Assembly (NCBI GenBank): GCA_024642485.1
Contig: JAHEAY010000002.1
Coordinates: 357-64,356 of the forward strand
Length of the DNA: 64,000 nucleotides
Source of the DNA: Cytophagaceae bacterium
Lineage (GTDB): Bacteria; Bacteroidota; Bacteroidia; Cytophagales; Spirosomataceae
Direction: 5' to 3'
The first letter of the stretch is position 1, and each line of letters starts with the position of its first letter. A model generated the notes under the pieces. The model saw only the letters and a list, made by a program, of their open reading frames with translations. It was not told the origin of the DNA and ran no database searches. Positions 30,628 through 39,458 of this stretch are shown piece after piece. A program made the translations under genes and the position numbers.

Positions 30628-31704
30628 TTATAAAGACCCTAATGTAGCAATTAATGCTTGTACTTGCTCCTCATTCACGGCAGGAAAATTCGCAATTCGA
30701 ATTTGCGTCTCCTTCATCTTGCCATAGCCAGAGCCCAAAATCATATCCGACTTCGCCTGCACTTGTTTGATAACATCCCCTGCTAAACCCTTGCAATTCA
30801 AGACCACAACCGTCGCAGAACGATGGTTCGGATTCTCAACAAAGATTTCGAAATTCGCTGATTTCGAGGCAAAATCGTATAGCGCTTTCGCTTTGCGATC
30901 CGTTTCCTTGCGCATCACGTCCACACCTATTTTGTTGAAATCTTCCGCCACTTTCCCCAGCACATAAATCCCCATCACGTTCGGCGTTTCAGGCGTTTCA
31001 AATTTCTTGTAATTTTCCCAAAGACTTGGCAAGGAGTGATATGTCCCCACGATGCCTTCGTGCAATTTCATACGCTCCGATTTCTCAAGCATCTTTTCAT
31101 TGGCCAACCAAACGCCTAAACCAGCAGGCATTCCAAAGGCTTTTTGTACAGAAAACATCGCTGAGTCAACTAAGTTGAAATCCAAATTCGTATACGGCGC
31201 TGATGACACCATATCCACAATCATCAATTTATCTTTGTTGGCCTTCTTGATTTTATGAATCTCGGCCGCCTTCATTTGAACACCCGAACTCGTTTCGTTC
31301 GCTGTGCAGCAAATCAATTCTGCGTATTCTGGAACATCCACTTCAGCAGCATCGAAACCCTCGCCAAAAGGCTTGTGCATCGCATGCGCAAACTTGTGAA
31401 GTTCTTTAGAGAAATCGTAAAACTTCTTGGAGAATGAACCATTCACTAAGTGAAAACTTTCATGCTCCACGGTATTCATAATCGCACGCTCCCAGATTTC
31501 CGTCGCAGAACCTGTGAACAAAACTGCAGTTTCTTTTGGCAAAGAAAACAAAACACGCAATTGCTCATCGGCATGCTGGTAAATCTTACGAAAAGCCGCC
31601 GAACGATGGGAAATGGAACCGATGTTTTGGCGAAACGCCTCCGCATAATGTGCCTCCACCGTAGGAAATAAAGCTGCCGGACCTGGGGTAAAAAATGTGC
31701 TCAT
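30628..31704 (-). CDS. serC: Class V aminotransferase, probable phosphoserine aminotransferase
   Basis: FTPGP, SHRS, NETSSG and SVQK (PLP Lys) motifs; adjacent to serA. Confidence 0.8.
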   Translation of the reverse strand: MSTFFTPGPAALFPTVEAHYAEAFRQNIGSISHRSAAFRKIYQHADEQLRVLFSLPKETAVLFTGSATEIWERAIMNTVEHESFHLVNGSFSKKFYDFSKELHKFAHAMHKPFGEGFDAAEVDVPEYAELICCTANETSSGVQMKAAEIHKIKKANKDKLMIVDMVSSAPYTNLDFNLVDSAMFSVQKAFGMPAGLGVWLANEKMLEKSERMKLHEGIVGTYHSLPSLWENYKKFETPETPNVMGIYVLGKVAEDFNKIGVDVMRKETDRKAKALYDFASKSANFEIFVENPNHRSATVVVLNCKGLAGDVIKQVQAKSDMILGSGYGKMKETQIRIANFPAVNEEQVQALIATLGSL

Positions 31705-31706
31705 AA

Positions 31707-33617
31707 TTAATATAACATTCTAAATTTGATCGTATTGTCGATCAATTTCAATTCATTCACGATATCCTCCGCGTATTCCTTCGCCACATCCGTAATCACA
31801 TAACCCGTTTTCTCCGTCGTTTTTAAATACTGACCGATGATGTTAACATGGTATTTCGCAAACACATTATTAATCTGCGCCAAAATTCCTGGAACATTGT
31901 GGTGAATGTGCAATAAACGGTGTGCATTTTCCAAAGGAGGCAATTGCAATTCTGGGAAATTCACCGAACCATAGGTGCTACCATTGTTTATGAATTGCAA
32001 CAACTTATTCGGCACAAATTCGCCAATATTCGCTTGTGCTTCTTCTGTACTTCCACCAATATGCGGCGTCAAAATGACATTCGGCAAGCCACGTAATTCA
32101 TTGATAAATTCCTCATCGTTCGTTTTTGGCTCATAAGGGAATACATCGACTGCTGTTCCCCAAACCTTACCCGATTTAATGGCGTCCACCAAAGCTGGAA
32201 TTTCAACTACGTGACCACGCGAAAGATTCAAGAAAATTACATTGTCCTTCATCCAAGAGAACTCTTCCTTCCCGATGATGTTGGTATTCGATTTACGACC
32301 ATCTACGTGTAAGCTCACAAAATCAACGGTCGACAATAATTCTTTCATCGAATTACATTTCTTCGCATTACCTAACGCTAATTTATCGACGATGTCATAG
32401 AAATACACTTCCATACCCAGCGCCTCAGCGATCACGGAAATCTGGGTACCAATGTTTCCATAACCTACCAAACCGATTTTCTTACCGCGAATTTCAAATG
32501 AATTCGTAGCCGATTTATCCCAAACACCTGCGTGCATTTTGGTTGATTTCTCGAAAATGTTACGCGTTAGCATCACCATCAAACCGATAGACAATTCTAC
32601 TACACTTCGCGTATTAGAATAAGGTGCATTGAAAACAGCGATACCGCGATTCTCACATTCTGCCAAATCGATTTGGTTCGTCCCAATACAAAATGCCCCC
32701 ACACACATCAAACGCGCGGCATTCGGATGTTCCAATACTTTCTTCGTCAAGTTTGTTTTCGAGCGTAAACCGATGATCGACACATCCTTGATTTTTTCAA
32801 TCAATTCATCCTCGTCCAAGGCCCCTTTTAACAATTCCACTTGGAAGCCTTCTTTGGTAAACAAAGCAACGGCTGCCGGATGTACGTTTTCTAATAACAA
32901 AACTTTGATACGCGATTTAGGATACGATTGCGCCCGACTTAAGCCATTGATGTACAAAAATTCATCCAACGATGGTACGACGAAATCCGCCTTATCCGTC
33001 ACCGCTTTGCGCGATACGTTTTCCGTAAAGGCAAAGAATTTATTCGCTAAACCCGCCTCACGTAATTCATAATCAGTATAGCCATCCCCAATCACAAAAA
33101 CCTCCCCTTCTAATGCCAAGGACTGCAACAAACGAACCTTACCTTTATCTTGAGACAATAAATTCGTATGATCATAGCCCGTAATATTTCCTTCGCCATC
33201 ATAGGTAAAAGTATTCGCATGTACGTTTTCAGCGGCGATTCCCATGTCCGCAACAACCGGAACGATAAAGTCCTTAAATCCACTCGAAACAATCAAAATA
33301 CGATCCGCATGCTCACGAATGAAAGCTTTATTTCGTTTGAAAGATTCTGATATTTTTCCTTTTAAAAAGGCGATTAATTGATCTACATGTAATTGATTCG
33401 CAGGCAATAAAGCCACACGCTCCCGAAGCGAGTCCGCAAATGAATATTCACCCGTCATTCCCTTATCGGTGATTTCGCGAATTTTGCCAACAATCTCTGC
33501 TTGTTTGGGATTTCCTTCTAAGGCGATGCGCGCAAGCTCATCCAATCCTTCAACTTTCGTAAATGTGCTGTCAAAATCAATGACAATGGTTAATTGCTCA
33601 AGCTCTTTGTTAGACAT
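31707..33617 (-). CDS. serA: Fusion of HAD-IB phosphoserine phosphatase and D-3-phosphoglycerate dehydrogenase with ACT domain
   Basis: N-terminal DFDST...GDGYTD; FCIGTNQ, GYGNIG and TPHIGGSTEEAQ; ACT HHNVPGILA. Confidence 0.9.
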   Translation of the reverse strand: MSNKELEQLTIVIDFDSTFTKVEGLDELARIALEGNPKQAEIVGKIREITDKGMTGEYSFADSLRERVALLPANQLHVDQLIAFLKGKISESFKRNKAFIREHADRILIVSSGFKDFIVPVVADMGIAAENVHANTFTYDGEGNITGYDHTNLLSQDKGKVRLLQSLALEGEVFVIGDGYTDYELREAGLANKFFAFTENVSRKAVTDKADFVVPSLDEFLYINGLSRAQSYPKSRIKVLLLENVHPAAVALFTKEGFQVELLKGALDEDELIEKIKDVSIIGLRSKTNLTKKVLEHPNAARLMCVGAFCIGTNQIDLAECENRGIAVFNAPYSNTRSVVELSIGLMVMLTRNIFEKSTKMHAGVWDKSATNSFEIRGKKIGLVGYGNIGTQISVIAEALGMEVYFYDIVDKLALGNAKKCNSMKELLSTVDFVSLHVDGRKSNTNIIGKEEFSWMKDNVIFLNLSRGHVVEIPALVDAIKSGKVWGTAVDVFPYEPKTNDEEFINELRGLPNVILTPHIGGSTEEAQANIGEFVPNKLLQFINNGSTYGSVNFPELQLPPLENAHRLLHIHHNVPGILAQINNVFAKYHVNIIGQYLKTTEKTGYVITDVAKEYAEDIVNELKLIDNTIKFRMLY

Positions 33618-33629
33618 GTTATTCAATTT

Positions 33630-34577
33630 TCAATTTCCGTTAAACCATGCAGCGGCTCTTTGCTCAGCCCAAGTTTGTCCCCGATAATTCCTCGGATAAA
33701 ACCCGCAATGCCCTCCTGAATCGGGTAATTCGATTTGGACAAAATCCAAATCAATTTGCTCAGGCAAGCACTCCTGCGATAAAAATGGATCATTCTTAGC
33801 GTTCACAATCAAAGTTGGCACCTGAATGTCCGCTAAAAAATACAAAGAACTATTACGTTCATAATAATCCTCCGCATCCTTAAATCCATGCAAGGGACCC
33901 GTAATCACATTGTCAAAATCGTACAAACTGCGAATAGAGGTTAACATAGACGGCGTAATATCCATAGGATATCGAGCCGACTTTTCGGTAACTTTTTCTA
34001 ATAGCGTTTGTAAGAAGCGATGTGTGTAGAGTCTGTTTTCCCGGCGAGTCAATTGCTGACTACTGCTGGAAAGATGCAAAGGTACAGAAAATGCTACAGC
34101 TTTTCGAACGAATTGCGATGCTTTTTTGGCATTTTCTCCCAACCATTTTAGGCTTAAGTTGCCGCCTAAACTAAAGCCGGCCAAGTAGATATCTTTCACG
34201 CCCCGAGCAACAGCCTGCTGAATCACAAAGTCCAAATCTTCCGTTGCCCCGCTGTGATAAAATCGCAAATTCCGATTCGGATCTCCTGAACAGCTTCGGT
34301 AATTCCATGCCAAGGCATTAACCTCCGGCATCGCACGAATGAGTCCGGTGACATAATGTCGCCGACTGCTCCCCTCTAAACCATGAGATACAATTAACAA
34401 AGGCTTTTCATGCAAAGCCTCTGAACGCATGTGCCAGTCGACATCCAAAAAATCGCCATCAGGCAATTCCATGCGTTCACTGTGCGAATGCGTTAGCGGT
34501 ATTTTTCGAAATAAAGCCGGATAAATGCTTTGGGTATGTCCATCCGGCAACCAAAGTGGTGCGCGATAAGCTTGCAT
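33630..34577 (-). CDS. YheT-like alpha/beta hydrolase
   Basis: HGLEGSS, GFSLGG, NDPF and GGHCGF motifs. Confidence 0.87.
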   Translation of the reverse strand: MQAYRAPLWLPDGHTQSIYPALFRKIPLTHSHSERMELPDGDFLDVDWHMRSEALHEKPLLIVSHGLEGSSRRHYVTGLIRAMPEVNALAWNYRSCSGDPNRNLRFYHSGATEDLDFVIQQAVARGVKDIYLAGFSLGGNLSLKWLGENAKKASQFVRKAVAFSVPLHLSSSSQQLTRRENRLYTHRFLQTLLEKVTEKSARYPMDITPSMLTSIRSLYDFDNVITGPLHGFKDAEDYYERNSSLYFLADIQVPTLIVNAKNDPFLSQECLPEQIDLDFVQIELPDSGGHCGFYPRNYRGQTWAEQRAAAWFNGN

Positions 34578-35401
34578 TAAATAAAGAAATCTGGGATTAA
34601 TGATTTGGGATCAACGGTCGGATCTACTTGATAGGGAGCAAAATCTGCTACTCCCGCCTCCGCCAGCACAACATCATCAATAAAATAATTTCCCGTGCAA
34701 ACCTTGGCATCACGCTTTAATATCTCAAAACAGGCATCCGCCATAATATCTGGTTTTCGGGCTAATTTCAACATCTCCGCGCTACCTACCGCAAATTCAA
34801 TTGCCGCCGTCGCGATAATCGTACGAGGCCACAAGGAATTAAAAGCTACTTTCCCCTCAAACTCTGCGGACATACCTAACGTAACCAATGACATCCCGAA
34901 TTTGGCCATCGAATACGCCACGTGGTGCTTGAACCAGCGCGCCTCAAAATTTAATGGCGGAGATAATGTCAAGACATGTGGATTTTCAGACTTCAGTAAA
35001 TGAGGAAGACATGCGCGAGAAACCAAATAGGTGCCGCGGGCATTTACCCCATGCATTAAATCGAAGCGTTTCATTTCGGTTTCGAGGGTACCCGTCAACT
35101 GAATGGCAGAGGCATTATTGATCAAAACATCGATTCCTCCGAAGGTCTCAACCGCTTTATTCACTGCCTCTAAAACCTGATTTTCGTCACGAATGTCGAC
35201 AACACAGGGCAGAACGCGCCCGCCTAATGCTTCAATTTCCGTAGCAGCTGAGAAAATCGTCCCCTGTAATTTGGGATGCGGCTCAGCGGTTTTTGCTGCA
35301 ATAACAACGTTTGCGCCCTCGGAAGCAAGTTTTTTGGCAATCGCCAAACCAATTCCACGGGAAGCACCCGTGATGAAAACCGTTTTGTTTTTGAAGTCCA
35401 T
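34577..35401 (-). CDS. Short-chain dehydrogenase (HSDL2-like)
   Basis: TGASRGIG, NNASA and YSMAK motifs; PHPKL signature. Confidence 0.87.
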   Translation of the reverse strand: MDFKNKTVFITGASRGIGLAIAKKLASEGANVVIAAKTAEPHPKLQGTIFSAATEIEALGGRVLPCVVDIRDENQVLEAVNKAVETFGGIDVLINNASAIQLTGTLETEMKRFDLMHGVNARGTYLVSRACLPHLLKSENPHVLTLSPPLNFEARWFKHHVAYSMAKFGMSLVTLGMSAEFEGKVAFNSLWPRTIIATAAIEFAVGSAEMLKLARKPDIMADACFEILKRDAKVCTGNYFIDDVVLAEAGVADFAPYQVDPTVDPKSLIPDFFI

Positions 35402-35507
35402 GTCGCTCTAATTAAACTTTATCTAAATTACGATTTTATTACAAAGACTTGTCAAATTTTAATTTTTGCGTTGTACTTTTGTAAACTAGTTTAGTCCAAA
35501 ATTATTA

Positions 35508-36779
35508 ATGATCACACCGTTTAAGTCAGTCAGTATTTCTCATCGCAGTGCTCCACTCACCATTCGTGAGATGGTTGCCCTTAATGAGGATGAAAGCAAA
35601 GCTTTTACACTCAAATGCAAAGACCTTTTCGGCTTGCAAGAACTGTTGATCGTCTCTACCTGTAATAGAACTGAACTCTATTTCACCACCCAAGAAGATA
35701 TTTCAGAAGCTTTGATTAAGGCTTTGTTGATCGAAAAAGGGTTAACAATTACGACTGAATTTGTAAATTATTTCATCCAACGCGATGAAACCAATGAGTC
35801 ATTGCAACATCTGTTTGAAGTGGCTACGGGCTTACAATCCAAAGTAGTAGGTGATTTACAGATCCCGAATCAGATTAAAAAAGCGTATCAATTAGCGGCA
35901 GACCACAACATGGCTGGCCCCTATTTGCATCGTTTAATGCATACCATTTTTTATTCCAATAAACGTGTTGCCCAAGAGACTTCGTTCCGTGATGGAGCGG
36001 CTTCTGTTTCTTATGCAACTGTTGCTTTGGCGGAGGAATTATCACAAGCTTTAGCTGCACCGAAAGTCCTTATCTTAGGTTTGGGTGAAATTGGAATCGA
36101 CGTTTGCAAAAACTTCGAAGACAAAGATTTTGCAGAGGTAACGGTCATGAATCGTACGCTGGAAAAGGCTGAACGAATCGCACAAGGAAAAAATTTCCGT
36201 GTTGCGCCGTTTGAAGATATGTGCAAGGAAGTTGAGGCTGCAGATATTATCATCTCCTCGGTTCGTACAGATTCCCCGATTATCACCCAAGAAAAATTAA
36301 AGGCTATGCAATTGCTGTCCTTTAAGTATTTCATTGACCTTTCCGTTCCTCGGAGTATTGAGGATGGTGTAGAAAAAGTATCTGGTGTCTTGTTATATAA
36401 CATCGATTCCTTGAAAGAACGTGCGGATGAGGCTTTGGCTTTGCGCATGGCTTCGATTCCCGATGTAAAGAATATCATTACGGAATCCATTGATAGCTTT
36501 AATGATTGGTCGAAGGAAATGGAAGTTTCGCCAACCATCCACAAGTTAAAAGGTGCTTTGGAACAAATCCGTAAGGAGGAAATCAATCGCCACCTAAAAG
36601 GACTGAGTGCAGAGGAAGTTGAGAAATTAGAAAAAATCACGGCTTCTTTGGTACAAAAAATCATCAAACAACCGATCATTCATTTGAAAGCTGCTTGTAA
36701 ACGTGGGGATTCAGATGCGATGGTGGATGTATTGAATGATTTATTCAACCTCGAGCAATTCGAAGAGCAAGAATCCTAA
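35508..36779 (+). CDS. hemA: Glutamyl-tRNA reductase
   Basis: STCNRTE, GLGEIG and DLSVPR motifs. Confidence 0.93.
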   Translation: MITPFKSVSISHRSAPLTIREMVALNEDESKAFTLKCKDLFGLQELLIVSTCNRTELYFTTQEDISEALIKALLIEKGLTITTEFVNYFIQRDETNESLQHLFEVATGLQSKVVGDLQIPNQIKKAYQLAADHNMAGPYLHRLMHTIFYSNKRVAQETSFRDGAASVSYATVALAEELSQALAAPKVLILGLGEIGIDVCKNFEDKDFAEVTVMNRTLEKAERIAQGKNFRVAPFEDMCKEVEAADIIISSVRTDSPIITQEKLKAMQLLSFKYFIDLSVPRSIEDGVEKVSGVLLYNIDSLKERADEALALRMASIPDVKNIITESIDSFNDWSKEMEVSPTIHKLKGALEQIRKEEINRHLKGLSAEEVEKLEKITASLVQKIIKQPIIHLKAACKRGDSDAMVDVLNDLFNLEQFEEQES

Positions 36780-36782
36780 TCC

Positions 36783-37244
36783 ATGGACAGCGCATTACTG
36801 AATAAATTGGCCCGCTACTGCGCCTATCAGGAACGCTGCATCTCAGAAATCAAACAGAAAATTCACGACTTAGATCCTTTGGCTGATTCGGATATTTATA
36901 TTCAGTGGCTGCAAGAAAATAATTACCTGAATGAAAGTCGGTTCGTAGGACTATTCATCCGATCAAAATTCAACCAGAAGAAATGGGGACGCAGCAAAAT
37001 CCAGTTCGAACTACGCAAGAAGGGTATTTCGGACTCCGAAATTCAAGCGCATTGGGATGAAATTGAGGAAGATGACTATTCGGAAGCATTGAAAACCTTA
37101 TTGAGCAAAAAAGCGGAATCCTTGAAAACTGGGACTTCTACTGAAAAATACCAAAAGTGTTACCGCACTGGTTTATCCAAAGGTTTCGAACCTGGACTTG
37201 TTTCCCAAGTATTAAAGGGACTTTTCCCGAAGGGATTTGCATAA
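36783..37244 (+). CDS. recX: Regulatory protein RecX
   Basis: YCAYQERC, YLNESRF and WGRSKI..EL..KG motifs. Confidence 0.88.
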   Translation: MDSALLNKLARYCAYQERCISEIKQKIHDLDPLADSDIYIQWLQENNYLNESRFVGLFIRSKFNQKKWGRSKIQFELRKKGISDSEIQAHWDEIEEDDYSEALKTLLSKKAESLKTGTSTEKYQKCYRTGLSKGFEPGLVSQVLKGLFPKGFA

Positions 37245-37266
37245 AATCATTTTTTTCATACCTTTG
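37236..37266 (+). promoter_or_regulatory. Promoter of the Tyr-leader/aminotransferase/tyrA operon
   Basis: TTTG (37236-39), 19-nt spacer, TACCTTTG (37259-66). Confidence 0.75.
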
Positions 37267-37270
37267 GGAC

Positions 37271-37336
37271 ATGAATTTCAAATCAGCTACTTATTACGCA
37301 GGTTATTATTACGCAGGATATTACGTCTGCGCGTAA
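37271..37336 (+). CDS. Tyr-rich leader peptide MNFKSATYYAGYYYAGYYVCA (below the ORF-track length range)
   Basis: Read directly: ATG 37271 to TAA 37336; 7 of 21 codons are Tyr; lies upstream of Tyr biosynthesis genes. Confidence 0.85.
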   Translation: MNFKSATYYAGYYYAGYYVCA

Positions 37337-37400
37337 CCGGTTTGATAGGTTTTTGATGTTAACTTATTTTCGCCGGCCTGTGAGTCGGCATTTTTATTTT
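37337..37400 (+). promoter_or_regulatory. Attenuator: antiterminator (37337-37376) overlapping terminator (37372-37400)
   Basis: CCGGT..GATAGGTT pairs with AACTTATT..GCCGG; alternatively GCCGGC-CTGTGA-GTCGGC-ATTTTTATTTT. Confidence 0.75.
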
Positions 37401-38576
37401 ATGAGCTTTTCCATTTCACCCGCGTCTCGTTTACAGTCTGTAGAGGAATATTATTTCTCCACAAAACTGAAGCAAATAGCTGCCTTACGCGCCGCTGGCA
37501 TTCCCGTAATCAACTTGGGCATTGGTAGTCCAGACCTCGCTCCTTCCATGGAGACCATTGAGGCCTTGACTTTATCCGCAGCAAATCCTGCGAATCATGC
37601 CTACCAAGGTTATCAAGGAATTCCTGCGTTACGAGAGGCTTTTGCTGCATTTTATGCGAAGCACTACGGAGTGACATTGGATCCTGCGCATGAAATATTA
37701 CCCCTGATTGGTTCCAAAGAGGGCATCATGCACATTGCCATGGCATATTTAGAAGCGGGCGATGTGACTTTGATTCCAAACCCAGGCTACCCAACTTACC
37801 AAGCGGCTTGTTCGTTGACGGGAGCAACGGTACAAGCTTATGAATTAACAGAGGCAAATGGCTGGTTACCCGATTTAGATGCTTTAGAGAAACAAGATTT
37901 ATCAAAAGTGAAAATCATGTGGGTTAATTACCCACACATGCCAACGGGTGCGAAGGCAGATTTGGCATTCTTTACTAAACTACGGGATTTCGCCATTCGC
38001 CATTCAATTCTTCTGGTGAATGACAATCCTTACAGTTTCATATTGAACGAAAACCCGATCAGTATGTTGGCCGTTCCGGGCATGAAGGAGGTAGCCATCG
38101 AATTGAATTCATTGTCCAAATCCCACAACATGGCTGGTTGGCGCATCGGTGCGGCATTCGGTCGGAAGGAATTATTAGATCCTGTGTTGAAATTCAAGTC
38201 CAACATGGATTCAGGGATGTTTTTGCCACTGCAAGAAGCGGCGGTGAAGGCATTATCGGCAGACGCCCACTGGTTTGCCCAACAAAATAAAATCTATCAA
38301 TCCCGCCAGAAAAAGGTTTTCGAATTATTGGACCTATTGGATTGCGTGTACGATCCGGCACAAACCGGCATGTTTGTATGGGCACGTATTCCGGCCACCA
38401 TGGAATCAGGCTATGCGTTATCGGACCAGGTATTGGATGAAAATGCGGTATTTATTACCCCAGGAGGAATTTTTGGAACACAAGGAAATGGCTATGTGCG
38501 TATTTCGTTATGTGCCAAAGAAGGCGTATTTCAAACGGCGATAGATCGCATCAAAAATCAGAGCAATGGAATCTAA
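37401..38576 (+). CDS. Class I/II PLP aminotransferase, probably aromatic/prephenate pathway
   Basis: NLGIGSPD, GSKEG, NYP, DNPY and SLSKSHNMAGWRIG motifs; start moved to ATG 37401 after the attenuator. Confidence 0.88.
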   Translation: MSFSISPASRLQSVEEYYFSTKLKQIAALRAAGIPVINLGIGSPDLAPSMETIEALTLSAANPANHAYQGYQGIPALREAFAAFYAKHYGVTLDPAHEILPLIGSKEGIMHIAMAYLEAGDVTLIPNPGYPTYQAACSLTGATVQAYELTEANGWLPDLDALEKQDLSKVKIMWVNYPHMPTGAKADLAFFTKLRDFAIRHSILLVNDNPYSFILNENPISMLAVPGMKEVAIELNSLSKSHNMAGWRIGAAFGRKELLDPVLKFKSNMDSGMFLPLQEAAVKALSADAHWFAQQNKIYQSRQKKVFELLDLLDCVYDPAQTGMFVWARIPATMESGYALSDQVLDENAVFITPGGIFGTQGNGYVRISLCAKEGVFQTAIDRIKNQSNGI

Positions 38577-39426
38577 AAAAGTAGGTATTATAGGTATTGG
38601 TTTAATTGGAGGCTCCATTGCAAAAGCATTGCGGAAATCAGGTTGGGCATCTGAACTCATGGGCATTGAAGCGAATCCTGCTCACGCAGTGAAGGCCCTG
38701 TCTTTACGTTTGGTGGATGAAATATTACCCTTAGAAGAAGCAATCGAACGCGTTGACGTGTTTGTATGTGCAACGCCAGTGGACATTTTGGTTCAAATTA
38801 TTCCGAATGTATTAGACCGATTAAAACCCGGCCAAATCGTCATTGAGGTAGGTTCTACCAAAACACCGGTCTACGAGGCGCTTAAAAACCACCCGAAACG
38901 GAAGCAATTTGTATCAACCCACCCGATGGCCGGAACAGAATTTTCGGGACCGGAGGCGGCTATTGAAGGCTTGTTTCAAGGAAAGCGTGGCGTGATTTGC
39001 GATAAGGAATTGAGTGCTCCGGAAGCCGTTGCGACCATTGAAAGTTTGTACAGGGATGGCTTAGGCATGAATCTGATTTACATGGATTCGATCGACCATG
39101 ATGTGCACACGGCGTATATCTCGCACATTTCGCACATTTGTTCGTTTGCTTTGGCGAATACGGTTTTGGAAAAAGAGAAAAACGAAGAACGCATTTTCGA
39201 ATTAGCCTCCACGGGTTTTGAATCAACCGTACGTTTGGCCAAATCATCGCCAGAAACTTGGTCACAGATTTTCCATCAAAATCAAGATAACTTGATGGAC
39301 GTATTAGACGAATACATCAATACGCTTTTAAAATACAAGGGCCTGATGTTGTCGGGAAGTTATGATAAACTGAAAGAGGAATTAGCGAAAGCGAACGACA
39401 TCGGTCGGATCCTGAATAAACATTAA
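38566..39426 (+). CDS. tyrA: Prephenate (cyclohexadienyl) dehydrogenase
   Basis: GIGLIGGS, VGSTK, HPMAGTE, HD...SHISH and RLAKS motifs. Confidence 0.92.
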   Translation: MESKKVGIIGIGLIGGSIAKALRKSGWASELMGIEANPAHAVKALSLRLVDEILPLEEAIERVDVFVCATPVDILVQIIPNVLDRLKPGQIVIEVGSTKTPVYEALKNHPKRKQFVSTHPMAGTEFSGPEAAIEGLFQGKRGVICDKELSAPEAVATIESLYRDGLGMNLIYMDSIDHDVHTAYISHISHICSFALANTVLEKEKNEERIFELASTGFESTVRLAKSSPETWSQIFHQNQDNLMDVLDEYINTLLKYKGLMLSGSYDKLKEELAKANDIGRILNKH

Positions 39427-39457
39427 AAAAAGCCCCGACTTTCATCGGGGCTTTTTT
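39425..39457. terminator. Bidirectional terminator
   Basis: A7-GCCCCGA-CTTTCA-TCGGGGC-T6. Confidence 0.85.
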
Positions 39458-39458
39458 A

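Noticed and set aside
36011-36679. 222-aa antisense ORF (and the many other 60-150 aa overlapping ORFs)
   Set aside because: Shadow frames of well-supported genes such as hemA; Ser/Phe/Ile-rich with no recognisable motifs
37353-37400. ORF-track N-terminal extension of the aminotransferase (TTG 37353)
   Set aside because: It runs through the attenuator hairpins; ATG 37401 gives a normal N-terminus
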